64,000 bases of DNA from Octopus sinensis. Taxonomy: Eukaryota. The notes beneath the pieces are model-generated. The model was not told the DNA's origin. It did no database searches and saw nothing but the letters and a program-made list of their open reading frames with translations. Below are positions 50,418 to 63,680 of the stretch, in pieces (position 1 is the first letter of the stretch; each line of letters begins with the position of its first letter). A program made the position numbers and the translations under genes. The stretch lies in the NCBI RefSeq assembly GCF_006345805.1, contig NC_043004.1, positions 77,376,001 through 77,440,000 on the forward strand, written 5' to 3'.

Positions 50418-50893
50418 TCCATCAGGCATTTGCCGTTACTGAACGCCTTACTTCCCTGGGCATGGATACATTGAAACTCCGACGTCTGGCAGCTGATTTG
50501 GCAGACACCCATAAAATTATTAATCATCTTACAAACAATAACTCTGAGCACCTTTTCAAACTCCACCTGTCTAACACCCATGGACATATTTACAAAGTCA
50601 GAAAACAGCACAGCTCCCATGACTTTCAGAAACATTTTTTCACGCTAAGAGTTGCTGAAGCATGGAACAAACTGCCGGCATCAGTTGTTAGTTGTCGGAG
50701 CACTGCATCCTTCAAAACTTCCATGTGTCCTGAGATTCGCCAACACTACACCTGATTTTCTCCCCTCCTTGCACACGCAAGCATGTATCTGACTCATACA
50801 CTGTTCGCTTTCCAGACATTTGTACATTACTGCATATACTTTATACGCACTTTTGACAAGTTGTGGTGCACCTGAGCACTACTTACAATAATT

Positions 50894-50961
<68 letters not shown>

Positions 50962-50983
50962 AATAATATTATTATTATTATTT
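50418..50983 (+). mobile_element. CR1/L2-group LINE 3' fragment with (ATT)n tail
   Basis: LKLRRLAADL...KII...HGHIYKV...FFTLRVAEAWNKLP...FK, then a 3' UTR and an (ATT)n tail from about 50895. Confidence 0.85.
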
Positions 50984-51355
50984 ATGGTATAGGTGCACAC
51001 TTCTACAAAAATGCAAAAGGAACTGTTATATAACGTAAGCATAAAATTAATGGAAACAATTTTCGCAGTATTATACATTGCCATTTCAGGGTTATTTTAC
51101 TTTCGGACTATTTCCCCATTAAGCGCCGTTTTGACTATTTATGAAGGTACCCCCAAAAAACCGCGTATCTCAGGTATCCATGGTCCGATTTACGCAAAAC
51201 TTGTTTTATTCCGTTTATATTCACATTTCAGGAGTACCTTTCTTTCAGAGAATTTTCCCCTTTATACGCCGGTTTGGCTGTATTAAATTTCAGACAAGTA
51301 CGCACGCAAACAAGCCACCACAGAGTTTTAGTAGTATATAGATTTCTAAAATTGG

Positions 51356-51495
51356 TGTGGACACAGGCATGGTAAGAAGCTTGATTCTCAACCAAGGGCT
51401 TAGTCCCAGTGCGTGACACCTTCGGCAAGTGTCTCGGGCTGACTAAAGCCTTATGAGTGGATTTGGTAGACAGAAACTGAAAGAGGATTGCCGAA

Positions 51496-51532
<37 letters not shown>

Positions 51533-51695
51533 ATGTGTGCGTGTGTGTGTGTCCATTTGACAACCGTTAGTGGTGTGTTTACGCGCCCGTAACTTAGCGG
51601 TTCGGCTGAAAAATGTACAGAATAAGTACTAAGCTTGAAAAAAATAATCCCTGGGGACGATTTGTTCAACTAAAACCCTTCAAAGTGGTGCCCTT
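51356..51695 (+). mobile_element. SINE family A, degenerate
   Basis: Head, gagtggatttggtagacagaaactgaaag, central (TG)n and partial tail. Confidence 0.75.
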
Positions 51696-52679
51696 GTTGA
51701 ACCCAATGGTTCAGTGAAGTGGGTTTTTTCATTGTCCTAAAGCTATAAAGTGTGCTTTTAGGGAGATTCACAATAAAATCCTTCTTGTCCGGGACTCCAA
51801 AAACCATAACTCTAAAGCATCCGGCACCCAAAAGAAAGAAATAATAATAAAAATAATAAGTTCTATGCAAGCGCTGGTTGGAATTTGGCACCGAATTCCA
51901 ACCACGTGGAACCAGTTTTACCACTGGTTCCACGTGCCAACAGTCACGTGTTTCATTTACAGTCTATCCATGCTCCGGTATTTCCTTAAATTTTCTCGAA
52001 ACGTAGTAACTTATCTCAAAAATCTTCCCAACTGATAAATACAAAAGAGTAGCACTCATCCTTAAGAAGATGGATATATGTTCTTGCCTTGAGAAAGGTA
52101 AAAGTCGTAAACAGCTGCTGAATGGATAATACACTGGATTGTCTATATCAGTGATTCCCGAATATATTCAAGCTGCCTCCCCCTTGCCACTCAGGCCACA
52201 TTCCTAGCGCCCCCTTTACAAACATAGACCACTACTTTCTGCAACGAATTCAAAGCAACTATATTTCACAAATAAAAAATTAAACCTAATTAACCTAATT
52301 AATTGTTTTTACATCTATTTTACATCTTTCGGCCACCCCATTATCACCTCACCTTCTTTCACCCATCTCACACCCAATACCGGGCTTTTCCACCGCACAC
52401 CAGGGTACAGTACCACCCACTTTGGGAAATACTGGTTTACACAGTGCGACATCAAGCGACAAAGCATTTAGTAATGTATATTTTATTGGAAAGAAAACGT
52501 TTTATTAACCCTTGGAAGGTGAGGTGATAATGGAGTGGCCAAAAGATCGCTACTTTTCCACATTGTGATATAACAGTTCTGTTACTGCGGACATGTGATT
52601 AGAATGTCGCAGGAAAGAATTGTATGATAAATTCTTAAAGTCAAACCAACTAGCAGGAAACCAAGAACGAGATGACTGA

Positions 52680-52723
<44 letters not shown>

Positions 52724-52724
52724 T

Positions 52725-53006
52725 GCACGAGCGCGTACGCTTGTGCATGTGTGTTTGTGTTTCCCCGTCCCACCGCTTGACAACCGGTGTTGGTTTGTCT
52801 ATCTCCCCGTAACATAGCGGTTCGGCAAAAAAAATACAATAGGATAAATAGAATCAAACAAAATAAATTTTGGTGCTGATTTGTTCGACTAAATTCTTCA
52901 AGAATATGTCACTGTCTGGCCGAAGATCAATGACTGAAACAAAAAAAAAAGATAAAAGATTATTATATATATCTTAATACATATAAATACAATCCTGTTA
53001 CAATCG

Positions 53007-53042
<36 letters not shown>

Positions 53043-53323
53043 ACGAGCGCGTACGCTTGTGCATGTGTGTTTGTGTTTCCCCGTCCCACCGCTTGACAAC
53101 CGGTGTTGGTTTGTCTATCTCCCCGTAACATAGCGGTTCGGCAAAAAAAATACAATAGGATAAATAGAATCAAACAAAATAAATTTTGGTGCTGATTTGT
53201 TCGACTAAATTCTTCAAGAATATGTCACTGTCTGGCCGAAGATCAATGACTGAAACAAAAAAAAAAGATAAAAGATTATTATATATATCTTAATACATAT
53301 AAATACAATCCTGTTACAATCGT
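52725..53323 (+). repeat. Tandem duplication with 316-bp period containing a SINE A 3' half
   Basis: 52725-53007 and 53041-53323 appear identical; each unit is bounded by (TG)n. Confidence 0.9.
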
Positions 53324-53411
53324 TTGTGTGTGTGTGTGTGTGTGCGCGCGCGCGCCTACTGATACAGATATATACATACACTCCACACAAACGCATGTAT
53401 GCATATATGTA

Positions 53412-53620
53412 CGAGGGAGTACTGAAAAGTTCCTTATTTTAAGGGTATCGCGAAAGGTCAGGTTTGTGGCCCAACATTCCAGATTCTTTTACAGGGCTGA
53501 GAAAAACTGAAGGACTGCTGCAATAAGTGAGTGCTTAATTAACTGATAATTAACTGATAATTAACTGATCCTCCTGTATTTTCTTTTACCCAAAACCAGG
53601 AACTTTACAACACCTCCGCG
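53412..53620. mobile_element. Mariner-derived MITE
   Basis: TA flanks; TIRs cgagggagtactgaaaagttcc versus cgcggaggtgttgtaaagttcc; interior resembles a mariner transposase C-terminus and has a 12-bp unit repeated about three times. Confidence 0.7.
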
Positions 53621-53809
53621 TATGTATGTATGTATGTATGTATGTATGTATGTATGTATGTATGTATGTATGTGTGTGTGTATGTATGTATGTATGTATG
53701 TATGTATACAGGCACACACACATACATACATACATACATATATACACACATATATACACACATACATACATACATACATACATACATACATACATACATA
53801 CATACATAC

Positions 53810-56105
53810 TCTATAATGAAATCCGTCGGAAGGATAATCCCGAGGGTAAAGAAATAACTAGAAAAGCAATCGGAGAGCGCAGACCTCCACCAAGCCGCTC
53901 ATTTTCACCCATATACACGCATGCTGAAAATCGCCCAATTTCCGAAACCAACGCCGGCAAAAACATAACCTCCTTAGTGGGGTAAAAAAGAATAACACAG
54001 CCATATGATATTTTTAAAAACCTTTAAAAACAGGAATCATCCCAATAGTCAAGGTTTGTCATGTCATCCTCCGCAGACCTCCGCCAAGCAGCTCATTTTA
54101 AGACTCATTTTAAGAAACGAAAATAAATTTTAGAAACAGCAACGCCACCATAGGTTACGTGGGAACGATGAACATGTTTTCAAGGGAGATAATCAAATAA
54201 CATTTTAAAACTTCATGTAAAGTAAGTATAACAAATGAAAAATCCTTCAAGAATCCATAATAATTCCCGGATCACTACCAAAATTTCATCATCTGTTCCT
54301 TTTGTCATTACCAACTTTTCCAGCAAGTTTCATCAAATACCATTCACAACTTTTAGAGTTATTTTTCACACAGGCAGACAGACGGACAAACCAACGCCGA
54401 TGAAAACATAAGCTCCTTCCTTGGAGGAGGTAATAACACACAATATGGTAGAAGCCATAACCACTCATAATTAAAAGGGGTACTGGTGGAATATCCCTGT
54501 GAAGACCTCAATAAAATGTAAGCACAACAGACCTGATATAATGATTTGGGATAGAGAAGAGAAACTGTGAACAGTTGTGGAAATTAGCTGCCCAGAGGGT
54601 GTTAACATAAAGCTGAAGATCAGTGAAAAAGAGAACACCTATGCAGAATTATTGAGAAATCTGCAGTTACTCTATCCAGATTACAAGTTCAGGTTTATTC
54701 CTTGGGGTCCTGGGATATGTAACACACTGCCTAAATACCAATCTTGAGAAATTAGGCCTCTCAGAACCAGAAAGGAGAAAACTAATTCGAAGACTACAGA
54801 TCCAATCCATCACTGGAACTGTGAAAATCTGTAAAACTTTCCAGAAGTTTATCATTTAAATAGATATGCAACTATATGCATGAGAATGCATACATAAAAC
54901 ATACAAATTTGTACATACACACACACATACATACATACATACATACATACATACATACATACATACATACATACATACATACATGCATGCATACATACAT
55001 ACATACATATATACATACATACATACATACATACATGCATACATACATACATACATATATACATACATACATACATACATACATGCATACATACATACAT
55101 ACATATATACATACATACATACATACATACATGCATGCATACATACATACATACATACACACATACATACATACACACATACATACATACATACACACAT
55201 ACATACATACACACATACATACATACATACACACATACATACATACATACATACATACATACATACATACATACATACACACATACATACATACATACAC
55301 ACATACATACACACATACACACATACATACATACATACATACATACATACATACATACATACATACATACACACACACATACATACATACATACATACAT
55401 ACATACATACATACATACACACATACATACATACATACACACATACATACACACATACATACATACATACACACACACATACATACGTACATACATACAT
55501 ACACACATACATACATACATACATACATACATACATACATACATACACACATACATACATACATACATACATACATACATACACACATACATACATACAT
55601 ACATACATACATACATACATACATACATACACACACACATACATACATACATACATACATACACACATACATACACACACACATACATACATACATACAT
55701 ACATACATACATACATACACAACATACATACATACATAACACATACATACATACAATACATACATACATACATACATACATACATACATACACCATGTAC
55801 ATACATACATACATACATACATACATACATACATACATACATACACACATGTACATACATACATACATACATACATACATACATACATACATACATACAT
55901 ACATACGTACGTACATACATACATACATACATACATAGATACATACATACACACATGTACATACATACATACATACATACATACATACATACATACATAC
56001 AAAACGACCCTGTTGTTGATGTTGAAATTCCAATGGAGTCTTGGATCTAGGTTAGAAACTGGTTCTTTCTATATTGGCAAGAACTCTTTAAAGAAACTGA
56101 ATAAT
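53810..56105 (+). mobile_element. 5'-truncated R4/Dong LINE copy with about 1.1-kb (CATA)n in its 3' UTR, interrupted by an insertion at 53856-54436
   Basis: 53810-53855 and 54437-54900 align to the reverse of about 43210-42690; terminal segment 56001-56105 aligns to the reverse of 42210-42315. Confidence 0.85.
53856..54436 (+). mobile_element. Non-autonomous Helentron-associated (HINE-like) element nested in the Dong copy
   Basis: Starts aactagaaaagc, ends acagacagacggac...gaaaacataagctccttccttggaggaggtaataa with a short 3' hairpin; the Dong sequence is contiguous across it. Confidence 0.65.
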
Positions 56106-56605
56106 GTCTTACATATATACATAAATACATACACACATGCGCATATTGTATTATTTTCTTTATTACTTCCTGTTTGTATCCTCAGCTTCGCAACTTAATC
56201 AGTTCTTTGCCATTCCTTCTCAATGTATCTCAGCTACTATCACCATGCTCTAGTTGATCGTAAGAGCGAAACATTACTTAAGTAACGAAAACCTAAATTA
56301 CATTTCCTGATGCGATGTTTCTGCACCGTGCGATGCATCGTAATCCATTCTATAGATTCCTACCCACGAGGGAACGATGCAGGATATGTCGAAACGATCG
56401 TCGTTATAAATAAAGTTTCCAATACATTCTTATTAGCCGTATCCATTGTTTCTGTACACCGAGGAATTCAAGAAGTGGATCCAGCGACGATAGTGCTGTC
56501 ACCGTAGATGAAACCAGGTAACCATAGACAGTGAACGTGCAGTATCGGCATAATACTAGGAACATACCCATACTTAAATTTTAAATTTTAATTCAAACTG
56601 TAATG

Positions 56606-56678
56606 AGTACGTTGGTGCAATGGTAGCACACTTATCGCGAATATATAAAGATGCGGGTTCGAGTCCCGTGCGTACGGA
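56606..56678 (+). pseudogene. tRNA-shaped sequence (pseudo-tRNA or SINE head)
   Basis: D-arm gtgc/gcac, T-arm gcggg-ttcgagt-cccgt, 6 of 7 acceptor pairs; anticodon arm defective (3 of 5 pairs, G at position 33). Confidence 0.55.
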
Positions 56679-56698
56679 AAACCCACTCTTAAAAAAGG

Positions 56699-57258
<560 letters not shown>

Positions 57259-57401
57259 AAAACATATATATATGTTTTAGATGTTTTGTTGTCCCTTTTT
57301 GTATCACCTAGTTGTCCGGATGTTTTGCGTTCTTGTCCCATTTTGTATTATATATATATAACGGCGTAAGTACTCTTTGTTCTCTTATATATATATAGAG
57401 A

Positions 57402-57446
<45 letters not shown>

Positions 57447-57849
57447 AGAGAGACAGACAGAGAGAGACAGAGAGAGAGAGAGATGAGAATAAAATCAAAT
57501 GATGTGTTGGAAAAACATTTTAAAATGAAATTATTTGTTATTCGGTAACCGTTTGCCTGTCATGTGAATCAGACTTTCAGTCAGCCCTTGTTTCATTGAT
57601 TTAGATGAGTTGTCACCAGGGAAATATGTCATGTGTGCATGTGATACACAGGACACACTGCCCTTGTGACTATGTATCATATGTGAAAAACACTGGCGTT
57701 TTTTTTTAAACCACCAAAGTAACTTGCGACATATGAAAGAAAAGTTTTATATTGATTTCAAATTTTGGTACAAGGCCAGCAATTTCGAGGATCAGAATAA
57801 GTAGATTACATCGACCCTAGTATTACTGGTACTTATTTTATCAACAGAA

Positions 57850-58470
57850 ACATGGTCTTTTGCAAGTTCTGCCAAAAGGAGCTTGTCATCAAACTCAATT
57901 GGACGTCCTGTTTGGGTCTCAGCTTCAAGGCTGAAATCTCCACTTCTGAATTTTACAAACAATCTTCTGCAAGTTCTTTCATTCAGGTACTCTTCCCCGT
58001 AAGCTGAGTGAATATTTCGAGTTGCTTCAGTTGCAGAATTTCTTTTTTTTTAATTCATAAAGCATTATGTGCCTCAAATTCTCCTTAAACTCTTCGTTCC
58101 TTCTCAAGCCATGCCTGGCTCATAAGGGCCAGTTTCCCGGGTTCTTGGCGTATAGGTTCTGCACCTGGACGGGACGCCGGTCCATCGCAGGTGAGCTGCA
58201 AGATGCAGGAGGAAAGAGTGAGAGAAAGTTGTGGCGAAAGAGTCAGCAGAAGTTTCACCATTACCTTCTGCCGGAGCCGCGTGGAGCTTAGGTGTTTCGC
58301 TCATAAATACACACATCGTCCGGTCTGAGATTCGAACTCCGCTGCTCTAACCACTAGGCCATGTGCCTCCACTTAGACACTTCCATGTTTGAAGAGCTAT
58401 AATTAGTGAAATTTCAATTAGATTATCCTGCAAAATGAAATTTAATTAGTCTGAATTTGTCCAAAAACAT
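57850..58470 (-). pseudogene. Mariner transposase N-terminal fragment interrupted by a SINE
   Basis: ATG at 58386: MEVSK, then after the SINE ENLRHIMLYELKKRNSATEATRNIHSAYGEEYLNERTCRRLFVKFRSGDFSLE...GRP, the mariner HTH region. Confidence 0.85.
58093..58371 (-). mobile_element. SINE family D
   Basis: Homologous to 32571-32871 with a deletion in the head; decayed TSD cttaaactc and cttagacac (7 of 9). Confidence 0.85.
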
Positions 58471-58614
58471 ACATATATTACTTGACGCTATTAGACATTC
58501 TAAAACATTGTTAAAGCGTTTACAAATTGGACGTTACTAATGGGATGACGTGATATATGTATGTATGTATGGATGGATGGATGGATGGATGGATGGATGG
58601 GTGGATCTTGTTTG

Positions 58615-59024
58615 TCATTAGACTGCGGCCGGGCTGAGACACCGCCATGAATAATTTTAACCGAACGAATCGACCCTAGTACTTTTTTTTTCTTTTTTAA
58701 ACCTGGTACTTATTCTTTCGGTTTCTTTTGCCGAACCACTAATGTTACGGGGACGTAAACACACTGACATTAATTGTCGAGCGGCAAAGAGGACTACAAA
58801 CACAGACACACTCACATATACATACCCATATATAAATATGTCTTTAGGTATATATAGGCGCAGCATGGCTGTGTAGTAAGAACCTTGCTTCCCAACCACA
58901 TAGTTTTGGGTTCGTTCCCACTGCGTGGCGCCTTAGAAAAGTGTCTTCTACTATAGCATCGGACCGACCAAAGCCTTGTGAGTGGATTTGGTAGGTGAAA
59001 ACTGAAAGAAGCCTGCCGTATATG

Positions 59025-59063
<39 letters not shown>

Positions 59064-59425
59064 TTGCATGTGTGTGTGTGCGTGTGTGTGTCTGTGTTTG
59101 TTACACCATCGCTTGACAACCGATGTTGGTGTGTTTACGTCCCTGTAACTTAGCGGTTCCATGAAACAGACCGATATAAGTACTAGGGATACAAAGAATA
59201 AGTCATGGGGTGGATTTGTTCGACTTAAGGCGGTGCTCCAACATGGCCGCAGTCAAATGATTGAAACAAGAAAAGAATGTGCTTCTTTCAGTTTCTGTCA
59301 ACTAAATCGTCTCACAAGACATTGGTCGGCCCGAGGCAACGGTAGAAGAGACTTGCCCAAGGTGCCACGTTGTGAGGCTAAACTCGAAACCATGCTGTTG
59401 AGGAGCAAACTTCTTACCACACAGA
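58615..59425. mobile_element. Nested SINE A: plus-strand copy (58856-59275) inside the central microsatellite of a minus-strand copy (58615-58810 and 59284-59425)
   Basis: The two halves of the minus copy flank a complete plus copy. Confidence 0.8.
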
Positions 59426-59582
59426 CATATACACACACTTATAAATTCACACACACACACACACATACATATGCATATATATATGTGTGTGTGTGTACAT
59501 ACATATGTGTATATGTATATATGTGAGTGTGTGTGCCCATGCATATATGAATGTTTGTGTATATATGCAATGCATATGTACA

Positions 59583-59626
<44 letters not shown>

Positions 59627-59653
59627 TATGTATGTATATGTTATATATATATA

Positions 59654-59695
<42 letters not shown>

Positions 59696-59716
59696 ATATT
59701 ATATATATATAATATA

Positions 59717-59760
<44 letters not shown>

Positions 59761-59769
59761 TACATATAT

Positions 59770-60500
59770 ATACTTTGATACTTTGATAGGTTTCGGCCAT
59801 TATTGGCCCAGGCCATGTCTAACTTAATAGCACCACCTGGTGAAGTCTTTCAAGTCAGAATTGGGCACTATGGCCCACTCAAGTAGAGAGTTATTGTTAC
59901 AGAGACATATCCGGGTGTAGGGGGTTTATCCGGGATTTCTTGAAGGAATCTGTCCAAAGACTTCTTGAACCTATAGGGTCAGTTTCTGTTTTATGTGTTT
60001 TGGTGTAATGTTAAAGAGAGCGGGGCCAATTGAGGTGAAATAATTGTGCCGTATTGTTGTTATGAGATGAGAGTGCGATTTTTGTTTTGGGCGGATGGCA
60101 CGGGGCCCAAGCCTTGGATGTACCCTAAAGGTGATGCCAACATCATTTGGGCAATGCTGATGGAATATTTTCCACATGCAGATGATGTAGCGCTCACGAC
60201 GACGTTGGAGAGAATAAAGTTTTAGCTTTTCTAGTCGACCCCAATAGTCGAGGCCTGTCATGCCATCTATCTTTTTTGTGATTGCCCTTTGAGGTGCTTC
60301 AACTTTTATGATACCTTGTATTGTGTGGGGGAGAACAAGTGGACAACAGTATTCAAGGTGGGGTCGGGCAAAAGTGGAGAAGAGAAGGATAATGGTGTGG
60401 ATATCTCTCGACTGGAAAGTTCTGAGAATCCAGGAACACATTCTGCGGGCCATGTCAACTTTGGTGTTTATGTGAGTGGCTCAGCTTACGTTGTTGTCCA
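59770..60500 (-). mobile_element. 5'-truncated CR1-group LINE, same family as 24240-28048, with 3' UTR and (TATCAAAG)2 tail
   Basis: ARRMCSWILRTFQSRD...ARPHLEYCCPL...IEAPQRAITKKIDGM...LYSLQRRRERY...SIGPALFN; nucleotide similarity to 27702-28048 is visible. Confidence 0.9.
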
Positions 60501-60616
60501 CATATATATATGTACATATGCATTGCATATATACACAAACATTTATATATGCATGGGCACACACACATACACACATGTGTGTATATAATATATATATATA
60601 TATAAGATAGATAGAT

Positions 60617-60688
<72 letters not shown>

Positions 60689-60751
60689 TATATAAATATA
60701 TACATATATATATATATATAACATATATATGTGTATACATCTATATATATA

Positions 60752-60796
<45 letters not shown>

Positions 60797-61950
60797 TATA
60801 CACGGGAATGCGGGGGAGGGAAGGAAGAGAAAGTTAAGTTTATACACAAATCCTCATCAATATTAAGGTAATATACAGTAAACTAATATAGACGCCATAA
60901 TGTTTCTATTTATCGCACATAAATCAATATATTTTCACCATCAATTTTTTTGCATGTAATGGATGTGTATGCGTGTGTGAGTGTGCATGCATGCGTTGAA
61001 TGTGACTCTATATGTATATTACGTGCGTGTCGTGTGCGCGCGTGTGTGTATGTATGTATATGTGTGTGTGTGTGTGTGCGTGTGTGCGAGCGTTTGTTAG
61101 TGAACGCCGTTCAAACAATGTAAATGTAACCAATTGAAAATAATTGTATCCACGTGACCTTTGTCACTGACCAGTTTTTGGTGGTTTGTCGGCAGAAACG
61201 AGAGAAGACTTCGTTTGTGAGTATATGAGCCAATAATAGCGTCTAGTTTGGGGTTCTGCCAGAGTCCCGTGCTTCAATGATTATGTGGACAATCAGTCGT
61301 CTTTTATTTTGTTTTGTTTGTTTTTGACAGCAGCTACGGCCATTGTTTATCTACAATAACATGGCTACAAGAGCGACCAACAGACAGTCGGCAAAGCAAC
61401 GGTATCAAACTGATCTGCAACAAAAAGAGAAACAAGCCAACAGATGGTGTTTTAATACGCCTTTATAATAAACAAAATAGCGTTGTTTTTTTAATTAATT
61501 TTTATCTGACTTGTCATCCGATTCAATATTTCTATATATTTTCTTACTGAGCCACCACACTTTATATTCGGCAGCATATTGGAGGTTTGCCGGTTTCTTA
61601 GAGCAGTTTGAGTGAAAGTTGTTCTTTGATTCTATCAGTTTGGAAAATGATACACCGTGTATGATGATCCTGAAAGAAACAGAATATGTCAGTCGTAGAA
61701 TTAACACACGCGTGCACATTAAAGTTCACTCATACTCATTCAAATGCGCGCGCATACACGCACGCACGCGCACACACACACACACACACACACATACACA
61801 CATACGCACACACGCACACACGCACGCAAATACGTGCGCGTGCACACGCACTCACACATACACGCTAATATATCCAACTGCCTCCCCTACTCCCCCTCGC
61901 CAGCTCTGCAATAACTCAAGCTAAATTTTCACCGGATAATCTTCACCCAA

Positions 61951-62001
<51 letters not shown>

Positions 62002-62060
62002 TGTGTGTGTCTGTGTCGGTGCGTGTGTGCATGTGTGCGTGCATGAGTGTGTGTGTGTGT

Positions 62061-62382
62061 AATTTTTCTTTGAATTTTATTTAAGTTCTTGAGAGAGTTC
62101 AAGCCAATCGCTAAGAAAACGACAAGACTTTTTGAGTTGAGAGTTCCCGGTGTTTATAAATATGTGGTTGAGATGGTGTGGAGGTTGAGCTGTCGATGCA
62201 TGCACTTAAGTGTGTGCATCTATTCACATAAGAATCTCAGATGAAGAATTTTTGGAGTGTCTTACAAATCTTAACTGTGCTGCTAATAGATCAGATTCGG
62301 AGAAACCGCATGAGTGTCTTTTGTTCTTTCTCTGTGAAACGAAATATCTCTAGGTTTTTGTGCAGGTTTTCTAACTTTTCTG
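62061..62382 (-). mobile_element. Short 3' fragment of a more diverged R4/Dong-like LINE
   Basis: Minus strand reads KTLMRFLRI*SISSTVKICKTLQKFFI*, versus RKLIRRLQIQSITGTVKICKTFQKFII* in the 54.8-kb copy. Confidence 0.65.
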
Positions 62383-62679
62383 TGTATGTATGTATGTATG
62401 TATGTATGTATGTATGTATGTATGTATGTATGTATGTATGCATGCATGCATGCATGTATGTATGTATGTATGCATATATGCATGTATGTATGTATATATA
62501 TATATATTATATATATATATATATATATAATATATATATATATTATATATATATATATATATTATATATATAGATATATATATATAATATATATATATAT
62601 ATATACATACATATATATATATATATACATACATACATTTTATATATATATTATATTATATATATATATATATAATATT

Positions 62680-62724
<45 letters not shown>

Positions 62725-62866
62725 ATATATATATTACGGAGATGTACTTGCATAGCGAGTGACTTGATCTGAGATCGTGTGCTGGAACGAAAACTATTGC
62801 AGCGTGGAAGGTGTTTATAAGCCATTTAAGAAACACACAAAACCGTTAGATTCACTTCAACATTTA

Positions 62867-63263
62867 TATCTTTACTCTTTTACTTGTTTCAGTCATTTGA
62901 CTGCGGCCATGCTGGTGCACCGCCTTTAGTCGAGCAAATCGACCCCAAGACTTATTCTTTGTAAGCCTAGTACTTATTCTGTCGGTCTCTTTTGCCGAAC
63001 TGCTAAGTTACGGGGGCGTAAACACACCAGCATCGGTTGTCAAGCGATGTTGGGGGGACAAACACAGACACAAACATATACACACGCATACATACATATA
63101 TATATGTATATATATATACATATATACGACGGGTTTCCATCAGTTTCCGTCTACCAAATCCACTCACAAGGTTTTGATTGGCCCGAGTCTATAGTAGAAG
63201 ACACTTGCCCAAGGTGCCACGTAGTGGGACTGAACCTGGAACCATGTGGCTGGTAAGCAAGCT
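62867..63263 (-). mobile_element. SINE family A, missing the first bases of the head
   Basis: Reverse complement of family A from tail to ggtaagcaagctt. Confidence 0.9.
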
Positions 63264-63511
63264 TATATATATATATGAACATCTAAAGGAGTTGCAAGAA
63301 GAATTCTACCAACTCAAACCTTCTGTGATTTTTTAAATACCAAAATTCCTGGACTTCTAGATGACAATATCAATAACTCTAAAACCCTCTTCAAGCCACA
63401 CTGTCTCGGTTGTGACGGAACTCCACTTTTAGTTGGCTGGATTGGACAATTTCAGATTTTGGTCATGGGTACTTTTCAGTAACGCTATAATGCTTATTCA
63501 TTTTCATGTAT

Positions 63512-63680
63512 AAAGAAGAAGAAGAAGAAGAAGAAGAAGAAGAAGAAGAAGAAAAGAAGAGAAGAAGAAGAAGAAAGAAGAAGAAGAGAAGAAGAAGAAG
63601 AAGAGAAGAAGAAGAAGAAGAAGAAGAAGAAGAAGAAAGAAGAAGAAGAAGAAGAAGAAAAGAAGAAGAAGAAGAAGGGG
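63512..63680. repeat. (GAA)n microsatellite
   Basis: Directly visible. Confidence 0.95.

Noticed and set aside
61210-61470. Possible 112-nt intron (GTGAGT...TTTTGACAG) and a 35-codon ORF MATRATNRQ
   Set aside because: Too short and without recognisable homology; cannot be supported without transcript data.
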